A stretch of DNA of 35,208 bases from Guillardia theta CCMP2712 (lineage: Eukaryota; Protista; Cryptophyta): positions 1 through 35,208 of the forward strand of contig NW_005434396.1 in assembly GCF_000315625.1 (NCBI RefSeq). Reading direction: 5' to 3'. Of this stretch, positions 10,397 to 19,385 are shown piece by piece (the first letter of the stretch is position 1; each line of letters begins with the position of its first letter). The position numbers and the translations under genes are program-made. A model generated the notes under the pieces. That model made no database searches. It was not told where the DNA came from and worked only from the letters and a program-made list of their open reading frames with translations.

Positions 10397-11612
10397 TAGC
10401 CCCGCATGCTAGGGTGCCGTACCGGTACTTTGTATGCTGTAACATACCGGTAGTGGAACCGCAACAGTCAAACGGAGAGTTACGTTCGAGTCGACCTGAA
10501 GCTCGGTGCGCATCAACCCGTGGCTCCTGTATGTCGCGTGCTTCCCATTGTGAGACAAGAGGATTGATGCCTCAGCAGCTCAGGAATGTCACGACCTTCA
10601 AACTTGAGGGATGGGGGTGGAGGCTTCATGGACCGTGAGGGCAGTGGAAGCGTTTTGAATTCGAACATGCGATGCGAATGTCAGTGTTCATGGTGAGGAC
10701 TCCTATGGTGAACGGTTTTCATGAGGTAAACTTGTATAATGGCAATCAATCAATCAATCATTGGCTTCGCCTCGACGCATGGTTGACAAGATTTAGCTAC
10801 ACAATGGATACCGCCTTCTCAGGTGGGTTGTACAATAAGGCAAGCTTCCTATTCATCCTGGATTCGTAAAAGAACCGAGTCTGACACCATCACGACGGAT
10901 CTGAGTAGAAGAGAGTTGAGCTGAGGTGTGTGGACATCGTTGCTCAGAAGTTTAGCAACAGATATTCGGTACATGTGACGGTTTGTAATGTGCATCTTAA
11001 CTTTGTTCCTGTGTTCATTGTAATTAGAACATGACTAATGTAATTGGACCATGTAATACCTCGTGCGCATTACGCTGTTCTTTATCCTGCTTGTACTTGC
11101 CTGCAACATCACCTACAACAGCACAAGCTAACGTCACACACACCTTGCAAGCGCTCGTTCTGCGCAAGCATTTCAGTTTCACTACTAATCCAACACTTCC
11201 CAAAATGAATTAAAAAGAGAATAAAACTCTAAAAACTAAAGGTCATGGTACAAATTATTGACTGATTTTAGAAGGAATCTCGATTGCTTTTCCCCTACAT
11301 CACAACGTCTCAAAATCAGACTCAGGTTAAAACCGCCGCGTAACGACTAGGACATCTTTGGCGCCATGAGACCCCCCAGGGGGTTAGCCCTCCCTTTGAC
11401 TAAAACATTTGTACCAGGAGCTAATCTTCAGGTCTTTATTGAAGGTCTCCGGTAAACATCCATGTAACGAGAAGCGTTTTCAAAGAGGAGATGTAAGAGA
11501 GGTCAGTGGGCTGTAAGACCTGCGGCACCACAAGGATGCAGTCAGCCGCGTGAGCACGGTACTCCAGCAAGTGTTCCAGGTTTCTTCGCACAGCAATGCC
11601 ATGATGATGATT

Positions 11613-11755
11613 CCCCCCTCCTCCCCCTCCGCCAGGCCGACGCCGCCGACACTCTCGTGAGTCTCGCGTCCTCCCTCTCCTCCTCTTCTTGCTTGGAAGC
11701 GAGCGTGCGAGGAGGTGGGGATCAAGCGGTGGCCGTACGACAGGACGGGACGAGG
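11613..11755 (+). pseudogene. Truncated RWP-RK pseudogene (copy 4)
   Basis: Begins mid exon 1 (PLLPLRQADAADTL) and keeps the GTGAGT donor at 11657. A ~54-nt deletion relative to copy 3 removes the branch point, acceptor and GISLTAL. KRACEEVGIKRWPYDR remains; no ELLEEAL tail. Confidence 0.85.
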
Positions 11756-12246
11756 CCCCCGACTGGAGGGGGGGAGGGGGGGGGAGGGAGGGAGGGGGGA
11801 GGCGAAGAGACGGGACGGAAGACAGGCAGAGTCAGCGTCTGCTTGCCTGGCATTGATTGTACTTTAATCCAGAAGGATCCGGACTTGCGGGTCCCGAGTC
11901 ATCGAATACTCAGAATTTGAGCGAATTCGTGTCTGCTGTCTAATCTCCTGCATTCTCCTTGAATTTTGTGACAGTTTTTTAATCTTGTGTAGTTTGCATC
12001 AACGTCACTGTACGACTGCTATCTTCTCTATCTCGATCTCGCTCATCCCCGTGCGATTTGCTGAGCGACGGATCTGTTTGCGTTGTGTACCCATCACTGA
12101 TAGTCTGACCTTGCAGAGATGAGTGCAGACATAAGGGCAGACGACGAAAGAAGAAGAATGGTAAAAGGAAGATTCACAGTCTGAACTAATGATTCAATAT
12201 CACACAACCCAAAAAGAAAAATTTTCAAGTTCTCACTCTCTTTTCG

Positions 12247-12344
12247 TCAGCTCGTCACATGCTCCAGCGCCTCCTCCAGTAGCTCACTTGACATTCCCTC
12301 CCTCCATACGCCTCCCACTCCCTCTGCTCCTGCTCCTGCTCCTG

Positions 12345-12383
<39 letters not shown>

Positions 12384-12799
12384 ATCCTGCTCGTGCGCCT
12401 CTCAGATCCCCTCCTGACCTTCCTTCTCCCTGCCTCCCCTCCCCCTCCCCTTCTGCCCCTGCCTCCTCCCCCCTTCCACCCTCCAGTCCTCGTCCCGTCC
12501 TGCCGTACGGCCACCGCTTGATCCCCACCTCCTTGCACGCTCGCTTCAGCGCCGTCAGCGAGATCCCCTGCTCCCCCCGCACGTCAGCTCGCTGCCCCCG
12601 CCAAGCAAGAAGAGGAGAGGGAGGAGGCGAGACTCACGAGGGTGTCGGCGGCGTCGGCCTGGCGGAGGGGGAGGAGGGGGGCGATGTCTTGGTAGGAGAG
12701 GTAGCGGACGGGCTTGCGGGGGAGGGCGAGGAGGGTGTGGGAGGAGGAGCGGCGGGGGACGACGCGAGCAGTGGAAGGCTGAGGTGATGAAGAGGACAT
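12247..12799 (-). CDS. RWP-RK domain transcription factor, copy 5 (intron 12568-12637)
   Basis: 70-nt intron; core ..GIKRWPYGR; Gly/Ala repeat linker; C-terminal VWREGMSSELLEEALEHVTS. Confidence 0.88.
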
Positions 12800-12845
12800 G
12801 GGAGTAGCAGATCAGCTACTAAGATTGCTCAACTTTCTACTGGGC

Positions 12846-12894
12846 AGGGTCAGAGGTATGCTTTATTTACTTGAGAGACAAGACTGACATCGAT
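12846..12894 (-). promoter_or_regulatory. Conserved upstream element A of RWP-RK copy 5
   Basis: AGGGTCAGAGGTATGCTTTATTTACTTGAGAGACAAGACTGACATCGAT, ~47 nt upstream of the ATG. Confidence 0.5.
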
Positions 12895-13668
12895 GATCTT
12901 TGGGCCACCCCTCACCAAACTTGAACTTTCTTCACCCCCCCCCCATCCCCCCCCCACTATACACCTCACAGGGGGGAACAGGCTTTATCTGCGAGTCGTG
13001 TGCTGCTGTACCTCGCGGTTTTAAGTCTTGAAGCACTAAGAAAGGTCAAGGTACAAGCTTCCCCTGCGGCACCTGACTGCCCTCTTCTATGGGTCGTAGA
13101 GTGGGGAGTTGTTGGAGGTGGGGGGTGAGAGGGGGAGGCTTCTGGTCTTGGGCCTCTAAGTAAAACGTGTAGGGGTCAGCACCCGAGCCTTTCACGACAG
13201 GGGGATAAGACCTTGCTGAACCCACTTGTTCTCACATGAAGGGTTGTGGGGGAACAAGGTTTTTACGTAGTAGCTTGCCTCTCACGGTTCTGCTTCTTAC
13301 ACATGCATGTATGGAGTTCTATTCAAACCTACACTTGCAAGTAGACTCAGAAACGAACAACCTCCTTGACTATCATGAAGACGTAGGTCGTGAATGAGAA
13401 AAGAATCTCTTTGTAAAACAGATACTTGAACATTCAAAGATGTCTAGTGCATGTTTGATAAAGATGCAGGCAATAGCAAGCTGGATTTTTCCGCTTTACT
13501 TAAAATCGCAGACAAGCAACAAACCTAAATTCAACGCAAATCTATGCGACACGCCATCTATCTACCTACAGTTTTTCCTTCATTTTGTGTTCTTTCGTAA
13601 GACTTTCTAATCAAAGGCTTTCTGATATTCTTCTTTGAAAATCTCCACGCTTGTACCCTCTTTCCTTC

Positions 13669-14145
13669 TTATCTTGAACCAACTTTCTTTAGTGAAGTCT
13701 CCAAGTACTCCAGCGCCTCCTCCAGTAGCTCCCGATCCAGACACTCTCTCCACACTGCCTTTCGTCCCTCGTCTTCCCCATGTCCTCCTTGCCTGCAAGT
13801 AACCCTCGTCCCGTCCTGCCGTACGGCCACCGCTTGATCCCCACCTCCTTGCACGCTCGCTTCAGCGCCGTCAGCGAGATCCCCTGCTCCCCCCGCACGT
13901 CAGCTCGCCGCCCCCGCCAAGCAAGAAGAGGAGAGACAGGAGGACGCGAGACTCACGAGGGTGTCGGCGGCGTCGGCCTGGCGGAGGGGGAGGAGGGGGG
14001 CGATGTCTTGGTAGGAGAGGTAGCGGACGGGCTTGCGGGGGAGGGCGAGGAGGGTCTGGGAGGAGGAGCGGCGGGGGACGACGCGGGCGGTATGTTGATG
14101 GTGTCGGGAAGGGGAAGGGGAGGGGAGGAGAGGGGAGGAGGACAT
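13669..14145 (-). CDS. RWP-RK domain gene, copy 6 (intron 13884-13956), frameshifted after the domain; possible pseudogene; alternative ATG 14256
   Basis: Intact core ..GIKRWPYGR. The family tail VWRECLDRELLEEALEYLE lies in a different frame (stop 13669) from the domain frame (stop 13689). Confidence 0.75.
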
Positions 14146-15454
14146 CGGATGTGCAGGCAGGGAGGAGGAGGTTACGAGACTGAGCAGGAGAGGAGCGGCC
14201 GAGGATGGAGTCCACAGGGTCCTGAACGGGTAGCAGAGGAAAGGGGGAACAGGCATTTTTGGTGTCAGTGTACCGGAGTGATTTCAGTCTTGTCTCACTA
14301 TGTGAAAATCGCCTACATTGTACCTCCCTCTTTCGCCATTCTTGTCCACCTAAGGTGCCCAGGGTTTTAAACGCACGAGTTCTCAAGGAGCAGCTTGGAT
14401 CTATACACCTGTAGTACGAACATGTCAGTCTTGTGCCTCTAAGTAAAAATGCACTTGGTCGAGCCCTCACGATCGGCTGACCTGTAAGACTGTTTTGTAT
14501 CCAGTCTGCTTCTCCTCCTCCTCCTATGGCTAGCAGGAGCCTTGTGCAGGAGGAGGTTTGGTCTCCTTCCCAGGACATCTGCCTCAGGGGAGGCAAGAGG
14601 CGCAAACAACAGCTCAAAGCAAGTGATGATGAGCTTGACTGAACGTGGTTCAACATTGTTAGTATTTTGGCTGACTAGCTTGCTACACATGGGTCATCTT
14701 ATCGTTAGTACAGTGTTCCTTGTACATCCAGGACCAACACGGATTGTGAAATCTCCCTGCCCCGCTAAGTTATCTCCTTGCAGTGCCGTTCTATGCCCCT
14801 ACGAAGAGGAGAAGCAAATCATTGCCGGAGAAACAACGAAATCATGAGAGTGAAATCGTAAACGACTAAGATATTATCAAGGATGGAACATACGCCCTGA
14901 AGCACGGTAGGTGGCCTTCTCAGGATTAGACTTAGAAGAAGCTGCAGGATGATTGCCTGTGAGGTTCTGTTGGCTGTCAGCACGGTACCGTACAAGTGTA
15001 TGTTCACAGTTACACCGCTCGGACATTCTTGAAGCGATGCTACTAGCGCCCATGCCTGCTGTAAGCTTGTCAAAGATCTCTGATCAAAACCCATGGATTG
15101 TGAGTGCAGTGCTGATCACTCGAGCGGGGATTGAGAAACAAGCAATGCAAAAGGAAGAAGATCAGAGGAGAGGGGTTGGGAGTTTGAGAGACAAGCGCGA
15201 GTATCTAAATTCATTTGAACGAAGTCAACAAGTAATTGAACAAGGATATTCACATGCCATCCAGATCCCAATAGATCCGCACAGAGAAATTCCGAAAGCC
15301 ACACGATCAACAAATTCTCCTCATCTTCAATCGACGACAAAACCATCTTGTTGTTAACACAAAACCACCACAACCAACCCTCTCGAAGAGTCTTGAACAT
15401 GCCCACATGATATTCTAGGGTGAAACTGCCTACTAGGCAGCCGCATCACTTGCC

Positions 15455-15982
15455 TTATGAGCCCTCCACATGCCTCATCGCCTCCTCCAGTAGCCCCCAA
15501 GACTCGCAGCACCTCACGTTCCATCGCCATGTCCTCATCGTCTGCTCGACTGCGCAAGGGATCGCAGGAGGTTCGGGCTCGTGGGCTTCATCGTTGATCT
15601 GCTGCTGTTGCTGCGCCTTCTTGGCGGCGACATGACTTTGTACCGTCCTATCGTACGGCCACCGCTTGATCCCCACCTCCTTGCACGCTCGCTTCAGCGC
15701 CGTCAGCGAGATCCCCTGCTCCCCCCGCACGTCAGCTCGCCGCCCCCGCCAAGCAAGAGAGGAGGAGAAGAAGGACGCGAGACTCACGAGGGTGTCGGCG
15801 GCGTCGGCCTGGCGGAGGGGGAGGAGGGGGGCGATGTCTTGGTAGGAGAGGTAGCGGACGGGCTTCTTCGGATGAGAGAGGAGTTGAGAGGAGGGGCGGC
15901 GGGGGACGACGCGGGCGGTTGGAGAGGCTGGTGGCAAATCGCTTTGGAGTTGCTTGTGAAGCAAACTAGAAGACGATAACAT
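15455..15982 (-). CDS. RWP-RK domain transcription factor, copy 7 (intron 15716-15787)
   Basis: 72-nt intron; same core; divergent linker; tail TWRW..GLLEEAMRHVEGS. Confidence 0.88.
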   Translation of the reverse strand: MLSSSSLLHKQLQSDLPPASPTARVVPRRPSSQLLSHPKKPVRYLSYQDIAPLLPLRQADAADTLVSLASFFSSSLAWRGRRADVRGEQGISLTALKRACKEVGIKRWPYDRTVQSHVAAKKAQQQQQINDEAHEPEPPAIPCAVEQTMRTWRWNVRCCESWGLLEEAMRHVEGS

Positions 15983-16027
15983 TTGAAGTACCTTAGGTAC
16001 CAGGAGGAATCTGAATCGGATCTACAA

Positions 16028-16087
16028 GGAGGAGGAGGAGGAGGAGGAGGAGGAGGAGGAGGAGGAGGAGGAGGAGGAGGAGGAGGA
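16028..16087. repeat. (GGA)n microsatellite
   Basis: Visible. Confidence 0.95.
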
Positions 16088-16870
16088 ACTACTATCACGA
16101 CCAACCCTATGACCACTACTACCACCTTTCTACCACCACTCCTAAAGTAGGAACAGCACGACCCTGCGCTTGACTAGCCGGCTAAACTGGGAATGAAGGA
16201 GAGGGGAAGAGATTTCAGTTGTGGGCTTCAATTGAATTCCTTGTAGGTCTGACCCTGAGCTTCCGACGGGTTTGTAAGAGGGCCATCCATCGCAATCTCC
16301 AGAACGAATGCTGACACCTCGTTGTAATAACTGTCACGGATACCACAAGATACGGTTTTCACAGCCACATCTGTGGGTGGGTGGTCGGATATCCAAGGGG
16401 AGGGTGGGTAGGGTGTTACGACTGTTAGTGACATGACTCGGGACAATAACTTGATATATAGCTCAAATTTTATGTGCAATATATATGATGCATCGCAACT
16501 GAAGAGCTCGTTGTGTTGTCAGCTACAGAGTTGCCATCTTGTAGTTTCACCGTCGATCGACGAACAGATCGAAGTCAGGTGTCGATGTTGAGATCGAATG
16601 TGAACCTCGGCAAAGCATCGATAACGTTGCCCATCCTGATATTCTTGAGCATTGTGAGTATGAACCTTGTGAGGGTGAACGAGTGGACTGAAGAAAGTGA
16701 TGATGATGTCAAGATATTTAAAGTCGACTTCATTTCAAGAAAATTCACCATCGATACAAAACTTCTAATCATCAAATGCAGAATTCTCAAGTCCAGTCCT
16801 AACCATTCGATCCATCAGCAATACAAGGTTTCGCCCAACATTTTCTCGTCGCCCTCGCTCTCTCATCCTT

Positions 16871-17382
16871 CTATCTACCTCCTACATGCTTCAGCGCCTC
16901 CTCCAGCAGCTCTTCAGTGCCCCCTCCCCCTCTCCAAGTCTTATTCCCCTCTTGCTTCTCTTTTTCACCTCCATTGCTGACTTTCCTCTCCTCGTCCGCG
17001 TCCACCTCTCTCGCCTCCATCGCCCTGCTTGCCTGCCCGCCCCTCCTCCCGTACGGCCAGCTCTTGATCCCGACCTGCCTGCACGCCCTCTTGAAGGCTG
17101 ACAGCGACAACCCCTGAACCATACCCTCCGTCATCTCCTCCATACCCCACCTTGCACCCCGCCCCACCCTTTCCCTCTGACAACCCCTCCTTAACATGGA
17201 GAACTTACCAGGCGATCGGCGGCATCGGCCTGGCGGAGGGGGAGGAGGGGCGCGATATCTTGGTAGGAGAGGTAGAGGGCGTGCTTGCGGGGGAGGGCGA
17301 GGAGGGTCTGGGAGGAGGAGCGACGAGGGATGATACGGGAGATGCAAGAAACTTTAGGAGAATCAGTTGAGTTGGAGGACAT
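16871..17382 (-). CDS. Divergent RWP-RK domain transcription factor, copy 8 (intron 17114-17208)
   Basis: 95-nt GTAAGT..CAG intron at the same position; ..QADAADRL|GLSLSAFKRACRQVGIKSWPYGRR; tail TWRGGGGTEELLEEALKHVGGR. Confidence 0.85.
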
Positions 17383-17499
17383 GACGGAGACTCGTAGTGA
17401 TGGAGGAAGAAAGGTAGGAGGGATGGGTATGTGCAAGACGGAACCAGCTAGAAGTTGATCTGAAGCAGCTGCAAGGGATACGCAGCAGGAAGGGGGGGA

Positions 17500-18570
17500 G
17501 GGGGAGGCGGGAGGCGGGAGCGCCCGCGGGGAAGTCCACCAGTCTATGCGGATCGAATCGGCGCCGGTGACGTGACGCCGGTGACGTGACTAAGAGTAGC
17601 GGTGACGTGACTGAGTCCCGGGCCGACTCTCCTGATTGTCCTCGTACCGTCGAGGCTGATTTTTAACTTAACTTTGAGTAAAAGATGAGAGAAGACGGTG
17701 ACGTGTACTAGCGCGGCCCGGAGCGTGGCGCCCTTCCATCGGCCGGCACATAGGGCAGGCTGGCGCACCGCGCCCGGGCCCGGGCCGGCCGCCGGCTGCG
17801 GCCCCGCCCGGCCCGGCGTACGGGCCGCCCGGCCGTATCAGTGATTCATAGTAGGCCCAGGGCCTCCGAGTGCCAGTGACCGCATGCGGGTAATTTCTGA
17901 TCATCATCGCGGCTCGCCCTCAGCCTAGGCTCAGCTTTTCAATGGAGCGGTGCCGCACTGAAAAACTTCGACAATGCCACGGTTGAAAGTCTGTTTCGGA
18001 ATCGGGGACCGTGTCGAGCGCGGCAGTTTTCGGCTTACTATTCTGAGAGTCAGGCTTGCTTCCTCCAAACACAAGTTGCACCATGAGGCTCGCCGCTGAG
18101 TCGGGTTCCGATTCACAGTGACATCCGATGATCACGGCGCCGGTACTACTAGTAGCGGCCGTCTGAGTGCCCGGGGCCGCGCCCGGCGCCTCCGAGTGCG
18201 AACGTTGGAGAAAGGGAGATGATTCTTGCATACGCGGCCGGGGCGGCCGCCGCCGCCGTGGTCACTGTCAGACACATGACCGGCGAACCGAACGGACCGT
18301 TGAACTTGACCGGCGTTCATCAACTCAACTTGCCGCAACACAGTGACCTTTCGACAGGGTTCTCACGGACGGGCCGAATTGTCGGGGTCGCTGGCCGTGG
18401 CCGCAGTGGGGCAGAAGAACATTCCAAGTTCCACTAGCGGCCACTTCGAACAAGCCTTGATTTCGATCCATGGTGACGAGGAAGTCACAACGGGCTCGGC
18501 CCCCCCCCGGGGCGTCCCCGCGGCGCCGGCCGGGCCGGGCCGCGTCGGCCACCGTCACTGCCTGAGTGTC
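17500..18570. promoter_or_regulatory. GC/CpG-rich intergenic region between divergent RWP-RK copy 8 and the P450, with repeated CGGTGACGTG motifs
   Basis: High CpG content; CGGTGACGTGAC at 17565, 17579 and 17600, and CGGTGACGTG at 17696. Confidence 0.4.
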
Positions 18571-18769
18571 TGACATGGAACCACCCACCAGGAATGACTA
18601 CCCCTGACGGAGGAAAAAGACGGGTGGTCAAGGAGCTTCGAAAAAGGGAAAGAGTCTCTTTTCGAATTTCAGATACCGAGATCCTTATATGATATCGACT
18701 ATCACATCCCCCAACATGGCGTGCTGAAGGGGGTGGACAAGGCGGCGATGGCGAAGGGAAGGGGAGGAG

Positions 18770-19032
18770 GAGAATGAGGAGGAGTAGCAGTAGAAGTAGT
18801 AGTAGAAGGAGGAGTAGGAGGAGAATGAGTAGTAGGAGTAGGAGGAGGAGGAGGAGGAGGAGGAGAACAATCAGTAGTAGTAGTAATAGAAGTAGTAGTC
18901 GTTGTAGTAGAAGAGGAGGAGGAGGAGAACAATCAGGAGGAGGAGGAGGAGTAGTAGTAGTAGTAGTAGTAGTAGGAGTAGCAGTAGTCGTTGTAGTAGA
19001 GGAGGAGGAGGAGGAGGAGGAGGAGAACAATC

Positions 19033-19063
<31 letters not shown>

Positions 19064-19064
19064 C

Positions 19065-19126
<62 letters not shown>

Positions 19127-19140
19127 AGCAGCAGTAGAAG
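18770..19140. repeat. Compound microsatellite (GGA/AGT/CAT/CAG)n
   Basis: Visible. Confidence 0.9.
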
Positions 19141-19385
19141 GAGTAGAAGGAGTAGAATCAGGAGAAAGGGGAGGAAGAATCAGGAGGAATTGGGTGTGTG
19201 CAGAGGGGGAATATTAGTGAGGAAGGCAGTCCCGAGTGCTTGGAGAAGTAGGACAGAGAGAAGAAGACTACAAGTCCATCTCTCTCCTCTAAGCCTTTCT
19301 TCATGTTCATGTTGACGCATGAAACAGAGTTTGTTTGTTGTCAATCATTGCAGTGAATTCTTCTCTTTGTTTCAGCTCTCAAGGC

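Noticed and set aside
13794-13804. 11-nt GTTACTTGCAG micro-intron that would restore the frame of copy 6
   Set aside because: Shorter than any spliceosomal intron I know of and far below the ~45-nt-plus introns here; alignment with copy 1 is explained by small insertions
16228-16479. Protein kinase fragment (DVAVKTV..YYNEV..FVLE)
   Set aside because: Motif spacing is collapsed, with no Gly-rich loop, HRD or DFG nearby; probably chance
3882-17382. Calling the RWP-RK genes MID, NIN/NLP or a mating-type locus
   Set aside because: Only the shared domain is visible; orthology and sex linkage cannot be shown from this sequence
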